This document shows, piece by piece, positions 1 to 9,543 of a DNA stretch of 64,000 nucleotides. The notes beneath the pieces are model-generated. The model was not told the origin of the DNA. It did no database searches and saw only the letters and a list, made by a program, of their open reading frames with translations. Source of the DNA: an uncultured Alphaproteobacteria bacterium (GTDB lineage Bacteria; Pseudomonadota; Alphaproteobacteria; UBA6615); contig CALSNJ010000004.1 in NCBI GenBank assembly GCA_943787745.1, positions 84,983 through 148,982 on the forward strand. The letters run 5' to 3'. Positions within the stretch are counted from its first letter, which is position 1, and the number at the start of each line of letters is the position of its first letter. A program made the position numbers and the translations under genes.

Positions 1-1028
1 ATGCGCTGCAACAGCCGGGTTGCCCCCTTTGGGGCTCCGACCTGCACGACAAGATCAACTGCCGCCCAGTCGACGCCCAGATCAAGTGACGAGGTGGCCA
101 CCACCGCATCAAGCTCACCGCGCACCATCGCGGCCTCCACCTTGCGGCGTTGTTCAACGGCCAGACTCCCGTGATGCAGGGCGATCCGGAGGTTGTCCTC
201 GTTCAGTCGCCAAAGTTCCTGAAATACAATTTCGGCCTGGGCGCGTGTGTTCACAAAGACAAGCGTCGTCCCGCCATCTTTGAGCAGATCATAAATTTCC
301 GGAACCGCATGAGCCCCCATATGCCCCGACCACGGCAAGCGGGCGCCGGTCTCAAGGACAGCGACATCCGGTTCGGCGCCATCCACGCCCAGTACAAGCT
401 CCACATCATCGGCATTGGCTGTGGTCGAGAGCCAGCGCCGCAGCCGGTCCGGATCGGCCACGGTTGCGCTCAGCCCGACCCGGCGCACGTGCGGGGCCAG
501 CGCCTGCAAACGCGACAGGCCCAGCGCCAAAAGATCGCCGCGCTTGTTGTCTTCGATGGCGTGCAGCTCATCGAGAATGACACATTGCAGAGAGGCAAAG
601 ATCTCCGGCGCATCTTCGTAGGAGAGCAGCAGGGCCAGACTTTCGGGCGTCGTCATCAGCATATGTGGCGGTTTCTTGCGCTGCCGCTGCCGCTTGGATT
701 GTGGCGTGTCCCCGGTTCGGGTCTCGGCGCGGATCGGCAGCGCCATCTCCGCAATCGGCACTTCCAGATTGCGGTGAATATCCACCGCCAGTGCTTTCAA
801 TGGCGAAATATAAAGCGTGTGGAGACCGTCTTCGGGCGCATCGCCAGAAATCAAATCCACAAGGCTTGGCAGGAAGCCCGCAAGCGTTTTGCCGCCGCCG
901 GTCGGGGCGATCAGCAGCGCGGATTGCCCGGCCCTTGCCGCTTCAAGCATCGCAAGCTGATGGGCGTGCGGACGCCAGCCACGCGCGGCAAACCAATCCG
1001 CCAGAATATTGGGCAGATCCGTCGTCAC
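1..1028 (-). CDS. Ligase-associated DNA damage response DEXH-box helicase (Lhr-like), 5' part; runs off the left edge
   Basis: Not in the ORF track. Manual translation from GTG at 1028: MTTDLPNILADWFAARGWRPHAHQLAML...LLIAPTGGGKTLAGFLP (Walker A) and VILDELHA (DEXH motif II). GTGA overlap with the HIT gene stop. Confidence 0.9.
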   Translation of the reverse strand, partial: MTTDLPNILADWFAARGWRPHAHQLAMLEAARAGQSALLIAPTGGGKTLAGFLPSLVDLISGDAPEDGLHTLYISPLKALAVDIHRNLEVPIAEMALPIRAETRTGDTPQSKRQRQRKKPPHMLMTTPESLALLLSYEDAPEIFASLQCVILDELHAIEDNKRGDLLALGLSRLQALAPHVRRVGLSATVADPDRLRRWLSTTANADDVELVLGVDGAEPDVAVLETGARLPWSGHMGAHAVPEIYDLLKDGGTTLVFVNTRAQAEIVFQELWRLNEDNLRIALHHGSLAVEQRRKVEAAMVRGELDAVVATSSLDLGVDWAAVDLVVQVGAPKGATRLLQR

Positions 1029-1444
1029 GTGGCCTCGAAGGCGTCCCGCAGGACGGTCAGTCGTGCGTCCAGCTCACTCGCTTCATAGGGTTTGGCCGGC
1101 ACCACGCCCCAGATCGGCTGCGGCCAGGACGCATCATGGGCAAAGCGCGCGATCACATGAATATGCAGTTGCGGCACCATATTTCCCAGCGCCGCCACAT
1201 TGATCTTGTCCGGTGAGAACAGCGACTTCAGAACTTTGCTGGCCCGGGTAATCTCCAGCGTCGCAAGTGCCATATCCTCCGGCGAGAGGTCATCAAAGTC
1301 GCGCAGCCCGTCCCGTGCTGGCACCAGCACCAGCCATGGGTAATTGGCGTCCTTGATCAACAAAACCTCGCAAAGCGGCCAGGTCGCAACGGTCTCCGTG
1401 TCGGCGGCGAGTTGGGGATGAAGTTCAAAACTGGTCATATTCAA
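1025..1444 (-). CDS. HIT family hydrolase
   Basis: Histidine-triad-like LGNMVPQLHIHVIAR; FELHPQLAAD N-terminus; DANYPWLVLVP. Confidence 0.9.
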   Translation of the reverse strand: MNMTSFELHPQLAADTETVATWPLCEVLLIKDANYPWLVLVPARDGLRDFDDLSPEDMALATLEITRASKVLKSLFSPDKINVAALGNMVPQLHIHVIARFAHDASWPQPIWGVVPAKPYEASELDARLTVLRDAFEAT

Positions 1445-1580
1445 ATTCCGTATTTCGGCCCCAGACCTTACCCCGATCCGTCCCCCGGCTCACAGGGTGA
1501 AACGCAGTCGATTATCCGGGACGACAAACCAGCCAAATTGCGCGAACATCAAGCATCCGGAACACACGAGTGAGAGCCCT

Positions 1581-2564
1581 ATGAAAGCCGTCTGGTATGA
1601 AGAACTCGGACCCGCCGATGATGTTCTGGTCGAGGGCGAAATGGACACGCCTGAAGCCGGTCCCGGTGAGGTTCGCGTGCAGCTCTGTGCATCCGGCATC
1701 AATCCGGCTGACGTGAAGCGTCGCGGCCTTGGCACCTATGGGCTGGAGCATCCGCGGATCATTCCCAACAGTGACGGTGCGGGAATTGTCGATCAGATCG
1801 GCGACGGCGTTGAGTCCAGCCTGCTCGGGCAACGCGTCTGGCTGTTCAACGGTCAGCGCAGCGGGCGGGCCTTCGGGACGGCAGCCGAATACATCACGCT
1901 GGATTCCTGGCTGGTGGCACCCCTTCCCGACGATCTGAGTTTTGCCGAGGGCGCGTGTCTGGGCATTCCCTGCATGACCGCCCATCGTAATGTCTTCGCG
2001 GACGGGCCCGTGACCGGCAAAACGGTTCTGATCACCGGTGGCGCCGGGGCCGTCGGCCACTACGCCGTACAGTGGGCCAGACGTGGCGGTGCAACCGTCA
2101 TTGCCACGGTGAGTGGCCCCGAAAAGGCGGCCCATGCAATTGCTGGCGGTGCACATCACACGGTCAACTATCGCGATGCAGATGCCGCAGAGCAGATCAT
2201 GGACCTGACCGGAGGCGCGGGTGTCGACCGGATCGTCGAAGTCGATCTGGCGGGAAATCTTGCGATGAGCCTGAAGGTACTCAAGAACACGGGCATGATC
2301 TCGGTCTATGCCTCAAACGGCGATCCGGAAAACCTGTTCATGCGTATGGCCCTGAAGAACGTGGTGGTCCGCTTCATGGTCCTCCACAGCGTGCCACGCG
2401 ATGCCATCGACCATGCCCGCGCGGACATTGCAGACTGGCTGGCCGAAGGCACGGCAATGCACACCGTTGCCGCCACCTTCCCGCTGGCCGCCTGCGCCGA
2501 AGCGCACAAATTCGTGGAAAGCGGCCACAAGCTGGGTACCGTGGTGGTCGAACCAAACCAATAG
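1581..2564 (+). CDS. NADPH:quinone reductase (zeta-crystallin-like MDR family)
   Basis: MKAVWYEELG start, ASGINPAD, IIPNSDGAG, Rossmann ITGGAGAVG. Confidence 0.88.
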   Translation: MKAVWYEELGPADDVLVEGEMDTPEAGPGEVRVQLCASGINPADVKRRGLGTYGLEHPRIIPNSDGAGIVDQIGDGVESSLLGQRVWLFNGQRSGRAFGTAAEYITLDSWLVAPLPDDLSFAEGACLGIPCMTAHRNVFADGPVTGKTVLITGGAGAVGHYAVQWARRGGATVIATVSGPEKAAHAIAGGAHHTVNYRDADAAEQIMDLTGGAGVDRIVEVDLAGNLAMSLKVLKNTGMISVYASNGDPENLFMRMALKNVVVRFMVLHSVPRDAIDHARADIADWLAEGTAMHTVAATFPLAACAEAHKFVESGHKLGTVVVEPNQ

Positions 2565-2574
2565 AGGGCCAGCC

Positions 2575-3192
2575 ATGAACATCAAACCCTTCGAATGGAC
2601 CGTGCTCGGCGTGACCCTGGGGTACACAGCGATCTTCGGTGCGATTTTCATGACCGCAGGAAACAGCGAGTTCCTCTGGTACATCGTTACGATGCTGATC
2701 CTTGTCGGACTGGTCGCACTCGGACAACGCAAAGCTGAATTCCCCGCCTGGATTCTCTGGGCGCTGTCGCTGTGGGGCTTTGCCCACATGGCGGGCGGCG
2801 GCGTGCCGGTCGCAGGCAGCGTGCTTTATGCCCATGTTGTAGTGCCCGTTTACGCGTCGGGTGATTTTGTCTTCCTGCGCTACGACCAGTTCGTACACTT
2901 CTACGGGTTTGGCGTGACCGCAATTGTGCTCTGGTATCTGCTCCGCAGGCATTTTCCGGTCTTGATCGGAACCACGAGCATTCTGGTTTTCCCGGTTCTG
3001 GGTGCCATGGGATTGGGTGCGGTGAACGAGATTATCGAGTTTATTGCGGTGGTTGTTTTCCCCAACACCAATGTCGGTGGGTACATCAACACCGCACTCG
3101 ACCTCGTGTTCAACGCATTGGGGGCGATTGTCGCCATGGTTCTTGTACGCGTGTTCGCGAGCAGGCCCGAGCATCAATCGGCGCAGGTCTAG
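2575..3192 (+). CDS. Integral membrane protein, DUF2238/YjdF-like
   Basis: Several TM segments; YDQFVHFYG, NEIIEF and YINTALDL motifs; GAGG 5' of ATG. Confidence 0.65.
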   Translation: MNIKPFEWTVLGVTLGYTAIFGAIFMTAGNSEFLWYIVTMLILVGLVALGQRKAEFPAWILWALSLWGFAHMAGGGVPVAGSVLYAHVVVPVYASGDFVFLRYDQFVHFYGFGVTAIVLWYLLRRHFPVLIGTTSILVFPVLGAMGLGAVNEIIEFIAVVVFPNTNVGGYINTALDLVFNALGAIVAMVLVRVFASRPEHQSAQV

Positions 3193-3201
3193 AGCCCGAC
3201 C

Positions 3202-3642
3202 TTACATGCCGTCGCCTTTTGGCCGACGCCGCAGGGATTTTGTGCGGCCGCGTTGCCCCTTGGATTGCAGACGCCGCTCCTTCGACCCCCGGGTCGGGCG
3301 GGTCGGCTTGCGCGTGCGCGGCGCCACTGCAGCGCGCCGAAGCAAATCCAGAAGGCGATCTTTGGCGTCTGCCCGGTTGCGCTCCTGAGTCCGGAACCGC
3401 TCGGCCCGCAACACAAGCACATCATCATTGGTCATGCGGGTGCCCGCGAGTTTGCGCAGGCGCATCTTCAGATCAGACGGCAAGCTGGGCGAAGCGCCCA
3501 CATCAAAACGCAACTCCACTGCTGTCGACACCTTGTTGACGTTCTGCCCGCCGGGGCCGCTGGCTCGCACGAACCGCTCCTCAAGCTCCCGTTCGGGAAC
3601 GAAAACCGTCCGGCTGACCTGAAGACCTTCGGGATCGACCAT
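3202..3642 (-). CDS. arfB: Alternative ribosome rescue peptidyl-tRNA hydrolase ArfB (YaeJ)
   Basis: FVRASGPGGQNVNKVSTAV GGQ motif, RTQERNR, basic C-tail RKPTRPTRGSKERRL; start overlaps upstream stop (TGATG). Confidence 0.93.
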   Translation of the reverse strand: MVDPEGLQVSRTVFVPERELEERFVRASGPGGQNVNKVSTAVELRFDVGASPSLPSDLKMRLRKLAGTRMTNDDVLVLRAERFRTQERNRADAKDRLLDLLRRAAVAPRTRKPTRPTRGSKERRLQSKGQRGRTKSLRRRPKGDGM

Positions 3643-4511
3643 CAGGCTGGCGGGTGTGCCGCGACCCATTTTTCGGCAAAGGCCCGGTAATCATTGGGGG
3701 TACGGCCCAAAATCATGCCGAGCACCTTCCCGTTACCGCCGGGCAGACCATACTGGTCATAATGCTCACACATCTTCACGAAGCCCTCGATGGAATAGTC
3801 GTCCTGCCCGCGTTTCTTCGCGGCATCAATCCAGATTTCAATATCGCTTTTTTCGGCACGGATATCCCGTCCGGTAACATCAGCGAAAACGGCCGCCATC
3901 GCAGCGTGGCTCAACGGCGCCGGGCTGCACATTTCAAAAGCGCCTCCGGTCCAGCCGTCTTCGGTCAGCATGATGGCCGCAGCCTCACCCACATCATCCA
4001 GATCCACGACACTGAGGGGGATTTCAACGCTGTAGAACCGGCGATAAATTCCGGTCTCGAGAATGCTGGGCCATTCCACGCTGATATTCTGCATGTACAT
4101 GGTTGGCGAAAGGATCGTGTAGGGGACGAGGGATTCTATCAGATATTCCTCGACCCGCAGCTTCTCCCAATGATGCAGCAACTGACTGCATTGGGGATGA
4201 ACGAGTGAATGGAAGGCAAATTGCGAAACACCCTCCGCCTTTGCGGCATCAATCATGCGCACGCCGATCTCGAACTCATCGCCCTGAAACCGCGGACCGA
4301 TATGATAGACCCTGTCGACTCCAACCATGGCTGTCTTGAGGTCAGTGTCCGAGCGAAAATCACCAAGAACGACCTCCGTTGCGCCAGCAGCTCTGGTCCG
4401 GTCTGCACTTTCTTCACTGCGGGTCAGAACACGGATATCAGCATTGCGTGCGGCGAGTTGGCGAAGAATGGCCAGGCCCGTCGGGCCGGCAGCTCCGGTC
4501 ATTAAAATCAT
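3642..4511 (-). CDS. NmrA-like NAD(P)-binding protein (atypical SDR)
   Basis: N-terminal MILMTGAAGPTG Rossmann motif; VDLDDVGEAAA. Confidence 0.8.
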   Translation of the reverse strand: MILMTGAAGPTGLAILRQLAARNADIRVLTRSEESADRTRAAGATEVVLGDFRSDTDLKTAMVGVDRVYHIGPRFQGDEFEIGVRMIDAAKAEGVSQFAFHSLVHPQCSQLLHHWEKLRVEEYLIESLVPYTILSPTMYMQNISVEWPSILETGIYRRFYSVEIPLSVVDLDDVGEAAAIMLTEDGWTGGAFEMCSPAPLSHAAMAAVFADVTGRDIRAEKSDIEIWIDAAKKRGQDDYSIEGFVKMCEHYDQYGLPGGNGKVLGMILGRTPNDYRAFAEKWVAAHPPA

Positions 4512-4599
4512 GCGTCAGATTCCTTTTCATACGCTCGGGACACCTGTTATCCGACCCGCCCTTCTTATCAGATACCGATCAGGCGAGCATCTCATGACA

Positions 4600-4647
4600 T
4601 GGAACGGTTATACGTTCCAAAACCTCTAACATTTATGCCATAAATGT
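4600..4647. promoter_or_regulatory. Two perfect inverted repeats (candidate operators) in the divergent nmrA-like/desaturase promoter region
   Basis: TGGAACG-N6-CGTTCCA (4600-4619) and ACATTTATG-C-CATAAATGT (4629-4647). Confidence 0.45.
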
Positions 4648-4709
4648 CTGGGGGAAGGCTTGTTGGTCTTGGGTGCGGGCGCACTCACATCCTTTGCGGA
4701 GGACATGTT

Positions 4710-5657
4710 TTGAGCACTGTTACATCGGGGGAGATCGACGCCATTACCGGCGACGGTCGGGAACGCAATTTTGCGATTTACGTCCTGTCATTTCTGCTTT
4801 GGCCCGTCATTCTGTCGACCTGCATCTACATGACCGCACTTGGTCTCGCGGCAGATCACGCGGCACTGTATTTCAACATCACCTATATCTGCCTGGCACT
4901 CGGTCTGTTCACGCTGGAACGCCTCCTGCCCCATGAGCGGAAATGGCTGCGGAACGATGGCCAGATGCTGGCCGATCTGGCGCATACGCTCCTCAACAAG
5001 GGCTTTGTCCAGGTTTTGGTGGTTGTCGGTCTCGCCATTGGTGTCGCCGAAGTTGCCGCATCCAAAGGTGGCGGGTTCTGGCCAGCCCACTGGCCGATTG
5101 CCTTCCAGATCATGCTTGGCCTCGTGATCGCCGAAGCAGGCCTCTACACCGCCCATCGGGTGGCGCATGAATGGTCCTTTCTCTGGCGTTTTCATGCTGT
5201 TCACCACAGCGCACCGCGCCTGTGGTTCTTCAACACCGGGCGTTTTCACGTGGTTGATACGGTGACCAGTATTCTGCTGAGCCAGCCGCTGCTGTTCCTG
5301 GCCGGTGCGCCGTCAGAAATCTTTATCTGGGTGACATCGATCACGGCTTTCATTGGCATGCTGACCCACTGCAATATCGAGATGCGGTTCGGGCCATTGA
5401 ACTATGTGTTCAACACCCCTGCCGTTCACCGTTGGCACCATTCGCGCATCCCTGCCGAAGGCAACAGCAACTACGGCGAGAACCTGATGCTCTTCGACGT
5501 GCTGCTCAGGACGTTCTACTGCCCCAAACGTCGACCACCAGCCAATATCGGGATCAACGACCCAATGCCGACCAAGTTCCTTGGCCAGGTCGCACATCCA
5601 TTCCGCAAGGATCAAAGCACGCTCGCGGCGTCACGAACGGCAATCGACAGCCACTAA
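4710..5657 (+). CDS. Sterol desaturase / fatty acid hydroxylase family membrane di-iron enzyme
   Basis: His boxes HRVAH, HAVHH, HRWHH; TM helices; TTG start after GGAGGA (start uncertain). Confidence 0.85.
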   Translation: MSTVTSGEIDAITGDGRERNFAIYVLSFLLWPVILSTCIYMTALGLAADHAALYFNITYICLALGLFTLERLLPHERKWLRNDGQMLADLAHTLLNKGFVQVLVVVGLAIGVAEVAASKGGGFWPAHWPIAFQIMLGLVIAEAGLYTAHRVAHEWSFLWRFHAVHHSAPRLWFFNTGRFHVVDTVTSILLSQPLLFLAGAPSEIFIWVTSITAFIGMLTHCNIEMRFGPLNYVFNTPAVHRWHHSRIPAEGNSNYGENLMLFDVLLRTFYCPKRRPPANIGINDPMPTKFLGQVAHPFRKDQSTLAASRTAIDSH

Positions 5658-5682
5658 TGCGCCTATGGCGCATCGCAAGAAA

Positions 5683-6942
5683 TCAGCTGCGTCGAGCTTC
5701 GCGCCCAAGCAGAAGCCAGACGAAGGCAATAGCCTGCAGTATCAGCGCGAGACCGAAGGCGGCCTGATACCCGGCCTTGGCGTAACCGCCATCTGCGGCG
5801 GCAGGCCAAAGGTTGATCACTTCACCCATGCCCCATTGCAGCGCAAAAGCCATGGCAAAGATCATCAGATTCTGGGCCGTATTGGCCCGCCCGGCCAATC
5901 CTGCCGAGAAGGTTTGCGCCAGCACAGAGAAAGCCAGCACACCCGTTGCCCCCATGGCGCCGATGAAGAACCACAGGAGCACCGGCATCTCGGCCCATTC
6001 CAGCAGCACCAACACCTGCAGCACCATGAAGACGCCCATCCCCGTGCCTGCAACGAAAATTGTTGGGACGCCACGGCGTGCCAAACGGTCAGCCGCCAAT
6101 CCGGTGCCGATATTTCCGATTACAAAACCGGCGGCGCCCGCGAGCAGAACAAAGCTGACCGCTTGCGAGTCCAGTCCCGCGACGTCTCGCAACCAGGGGC
6201 CGGCCCAAAGCGTCTGGATGGCCAGAAAACTGCCCTGAGAGAACGCAGCCAAGGGTGCGATCCGCCAGAAAGCGCGGCTCACGAATATTCCCTTCAACCC
6301 GCCAATGCGGACAGACAAGGGCTCTGCAGATCCAGCGCGCGTGCGTTCGGGAACGACAAACCAGATCGCAACGGCAACAAGTGCCGTCGCGATGGAGAGC
6401 GCGATGAAGCCATTGCGCCAGCCGATTTCCGCAACAACCAGCTCTGTCGGGGCCGTGGCCACCATCGCGCCGAGTCCGCCAAAGGCGACAATCAGGCCAT
6501 TCATCAACGGCAACCGGTCCATCGGGAACCATTCGCTCATTGCCTTAAATGAGCCCATCAGACAGGCGGCCACGCCGAGGCCAATCAACCCACGGCCCAG
6601 CACCAACCCCCACAAGCTGTCGCCGAGCGCAAACACCAACGCACCCATTGCGGCAATGACCAAAAGGATGGTTTCCACCCGGCGTGGGCCATGACTGTCG
6701 AGATAGACCCCGATGGGAATTTGGGCCGCTGCGAAAGTGATGAAATAAGCGCTGCTCAACATACCGAGCTGTGCTGCCGAAAGCCCCAGCTCAACAGCAA
6801 GATCAGGGCCGATCACCGCATTGACGGTGCGATACAGATAGGAAAAGAAATAGCCTGTCGCGAACGGCAGAAAGACCACGGCCATCAGGCGCGGAAGCGA
6901 GAGCTTTCGGTCTTCCGCCGCAGGTGCGCTTGGGCTGGTCAT
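5683..6942 (-). CDS. MFS transporter
   Basis: About 12 hydrophobic segments; MFS motif A-like GVYLDSHGPRRV. Confidence 0.88.
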   Translation of the reverse strand: MTSPSAPAAEDRKLSLPRLMAVVFLPFATGYFFSYLYRTVNAVIGPDLAVELGLSAAQLGMLSSAYFITFAAAQIPIGVYLDSHGPRRVETILLVIAAMGALVFALGDSLWGLVLGRGLIGLGVAACLMGSFKAMSEWFPMDRLPLMNGLIVAFGGLGAMVATAPTELVVAEIGWRNGFIALSIATALVAVAIWFVVPERTRAGSAEPLSVRIGGLKGIFVSRAFWRIAPLAAFSQGSFLAIQTLWAGPWLRDVAGLDSQAVSFVLLAGAAGFVIGNIGTGLAADRLARRGVPTIFVAGTGMGVFMVLQVLVLLEWAEMPVLLWFFIGAMGATGVLAFSVLAQTFSAGLAGRANTAQNLMIFAMAFALQWGMGEVINLWPAAADGGYAKAGYQAAFGLALILQAIAFVWLLLGREARRS

Positions 6943-6954
6943 ACCAGTGATGCC

Positions 6955-7734
6955 CTAGCGGCCACGAAACTTCGGCTTTTCCCGGTTTTTGAAGGCGTTG
7001 TAACCGGCCATATAGTCCTGACTGTCCGCGTAATCGAACTGGGCCTCAAGCTCGGCCCGGCTCAATGGACGCGGGTCGGCGAGCCGCGCCAGAGCGGCCC
7101 GATGATAGCGGTGTGACAGAGGCGCCCCATCAGCGATACGGCGCGCGGCCTTCATGACTTCATCTTCGAGATCAGCGTCGGGCACGACCCGTGTCAGCAG
7201 GTTTTTCGCAAGCGCCTCCTCTGCCGTAATCGCACGGCCCTCGAGCAGAATTTCAGCCGCAACGGCCCGCCCGCCAGCATCCACCAAGTACTGGACCAGA
7301 TGGTAGCCGAGGAACAAACCGATATTTTTTGCCGGCACACCAAAGCGCCCGGATTCGCCCGATAGACGCAAATCCGCAGCCAGGGCCAACTCAAAACCGC
7401 CGCCGATACAAAAGCCATGGATCATCGCGATGACCGGAAGGCGCGAATCTCGAACAGCCAGAAACGCACGGTCGGTGGCCGCCTCATAAGCCTTCACCTT
7501 ACGGCGGTCAGACCGCTCAGCCTCGAAATTGGTAATGTCCGCACCCGCGCAAAAGGCTTCCTCACCGGCACCACGCAATATGATGCAGCGCAGAGCATCG
7601 TCCTCGCCCAGTATCTCGATCGCATCACCCACAGCAATCCAATCTTCCTGACGCAGGGCATTACGTTTTTCGGGGCGGTGAATTGAAACGATCGCGATAT
7701 CCTCGCGCCGTTCAACCTGAACGGTATCAGTCAT
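6955..7734 (-). CDS. Enoyl-CoA hydratase/isomerase (crotonase) family protein
   Basis: RPEKRNAL, AFCAGADI, HGFCIGGGFELALAADLR. Confidence 0.9.
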   Translation of the reverse strand: MTDTVQVERREDIAIVSIHRPEKRNALRQEDWIAVGDAIEILGEDDALRCIILRGAGEEAFCAGADITNFEAERSDRRKVKAYEAATDRAFLAVRDSRLPVIAMIHGFCIGGGFELALAADLRLSGESGRFGVPAKNIGLFLGYHLVQYLVDAGGRAVAAEILLEGRAITAEEALAKNLLTRVVPDADLEDEVMKAARRIADGAPLSHRYHRAALARLADPRPLSRAELEAQFDYADSQDYMAGYNAFKNREKPKFRGR

Positions 7735-7812
7735 GGCGTTCCTGTTTTTCTTGTTTTCCGGGAAATCCGATTGTTGGCAGTATCCCGCAAAACAAGCGGG
7801 CGCGCGAGCAGT

Positions 7813-8931
7813 TCAGACCGCGCCAATTTTCGGGGACGGGTTTACCTGCAGTCGAGAATCCGAGAACCAGCTGAGCGTGTCTTCAATGGTCTTTCGCTCC
7901 ACATCGCGGGTGATGAACACAATCCGTGTACGCCGATCCTCAGAAGGCCAGGCATCCAGAACCGCAGGCGGATGAAAAACATGCTGCACACCGTGGATCA
8001 CCACCGGTTTGTCCATCTCGGCCACATTCACGATACCTTTGATACGCAAAAGATCCGGTCCCTTTAGCATCATGATTGTATCGAACCACTGCTCGAGTGC
8101 ATCAAGGCGCAAGGGTTCGTCATAGGTCACGCAGAAGGAGCTGATGTGGTCGTCATGGCGGTTCACGTCATGTTCGTGGGTGTGTTCATGATTGTGATCA
8201 TGGGCGTGGTCGGACGCCTGTTCATCGGCATAGGCTTCATCCTGCAACCAGCGCTCCACGTCCGGGCCTTTGCTGGCCGGGTTGAACAGCCCGGCATTGA
8301 ACAGAACCTCGGGCTCGACCTCTCCGTTCACGACATGCTGGCGTGGGGCCGCCGGATTGATGAGCTCAAGCCGTGCTTCCAGTGAGGCCGTGACCTTGGC
8401 ATCCACCATGTCTGTCTTGGTGATCAGAAGACGGTCGGCCACGGCCGCCTGCTTCACGGATTCAAACTGTCGGTTGAGCGTGTCTTCCCCGTTCACCGCA
8501 TCCACCGTGGCGATCACACCATCGAGGCGAAAATAATTGGTTACCAGCTGATCCGACATCAGCGTGTGCAGGATCGGTGCCGGATCAGCCAGACCGGTGG
8601 TTTCGATCAGGATCCGCTCAAAAGACGGAACATCCTCACGCAGGCGCAGCATCATCAGATCGCGCAACGTGTTCACCAGATCTCCGCGCACGGTGCAGCA
8701 CAGACAGCCGCTGTTGAGCAGCACCATGTCCTCCGCGCCGGTCACCGTTAATTCGTGATCCAGCCCAACCTCGCCGAATTCATTGACGATAACGGCGGAT
8801 TTCTCCATGCCGGGATGGTGGAGAATATGATTGAGAACCGTCGTTTTGCCGCTGCCCAGAAAGCCTGTCAGCAGAGAAACCGGGATCAATTCAGTCAAAC
8901 TTTCGGGTGTTTTACCGTTCATTTTCCGCAC
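7813..8931 (-). CDS. COG0523/CobW-family G3E GTPase metallochaperone
   Basis: GFLGSGKTT, NEFGE, GCLCC, ETTGLADP, TKTD, His-rich linker HAHDHNHEHTHEHD, LRIKG CobW_C. Confidence 0.93.
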   Translation of the reverse strand: MRKMNGKTPESLTELIPVSLLTGFLGSGKTTVLNHILHHPGMEKSAVIVNEFGEVGLDHELTVTGAEDMVLLNSGCLCCTVRGDLVNTLRDLMMLRLREDVPSFERILIETTGLADPAPILHTLMSDQLVTNYFRLDGVIATVDAVNGEDTLNRQFESVKQAAVADRLLITKTDMVDAKVTASLEARLELINPAAPRQHVVNGEVEPEVLFNAGLFNPASKGPDVERWLQDEAYADEQASDHAHDHNHEHTHEHDVNRHDDHISSFCVTYDEPLRLDALEQWFDTIMMLKGPDLLRIKGIVNVAEMDKPVVIHGVQHVFHPPAVLDAWPSEDRRTRIVFITRDVERKTIEDTLSWFSDSRLQVNPSPKIGAV

Positions 8932-8949
8932 CTGTCATCACACGCCCGC

Positions 8950-8980
8950 TTGACATTCCGCGCGGGCAAACCGTTATAAC
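8950..8980 (+). promoter_or_regulatory. Candidate sigma70 promoter for hisI
   Basis: TTGACA (8950-8955) and TATAAC (8975-8980); the 19-nt spacer is longer than optimal. Confidence 0.45.
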
Positions 8981-9031
8981 ACGCCCAGAACCGGGTGGCA
9001 CAAAGTCCGCCCTGCAAGGAAAGCATCGAAG

Positions 9032-9517
9032 ATGAGTGAAACCGGCAATTCCATGTTCGCACAACGTGTCTCCATCGAGCAGGTCGAGGAAGGTCATGAA
9101 CTGGCCCCGAAGTTCGACGCAGATGGTCTGATGCCTGTGGTCACCACTGACGCGACAAGCGGCGAAGTGCTGATGCACGGCTATATGAACGCGTTGGCCC
9201 TGACCAAGACCATCGAAACCGGCGAGGCCCATTACTGGTCCCGCTCCCGCAAGGTGCTTTGGCACAAGGGTGCCACTTCGGGTCTGGTACAGAAGGTTCA
9301 GGAAATCCGGATTGACGATGATCAGGATGCGGTCTGGCTATTGGTCGATGTCCAGGGTGGTGCGAGCTGCCATGTGGGGTACCGCTCGTGCTTCTACCGT
9401 TCGGTCCCGGTCGGTGCCGACGCTGATGCGCCCGTCGCATTGAACTACGAAGAATCCGAAAAGGTCTTCGACCCTGTTGAGGTTTATGGCGACGCGCCGA
9501 ACCCGACGAAGCTTTAA
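9032..9517 (+). CDS. hisI: Phosphoribosyl-AMP cyclohydrolase (variant with DDDQD in place of DCDxD)
   Basis: [36 protein letters not shown]. Confidence 0.92.
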   Translation: MSETGNSMFAQRVSIEQVEEGHELAPKFDADGLMPVVTTDATSGEVLMHGYMNALALTKTIETGEAHYWSRSRKVLWHKGATSGLVQKVQEIRIDDDQDAVWLLVDVQGGASCHVGYRSCFYRSVPVGADADAPVALNYEESEKVFDPVEVYGDAPNPTKL

Positions 9518-9543
9518 ACGGTACGGAAATCGACCAAGCTTGG

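Noticed and set aside
150-1088. 312-aa plus-strand ORF
   Set aside because: Antisense shadow of the helicase; no motifs of its own.
8150-8215. Low-complexity CATGAT/CACGA-type repeats
   Set aside because: Encodes the His-rich linker normal for COG0523 proteins.
8965-8990. Full Zur box between COG0523 and hisI
   Set aside because: Only a short GTTATAAC palindrome that coincides with the likely -10; not enough to call.
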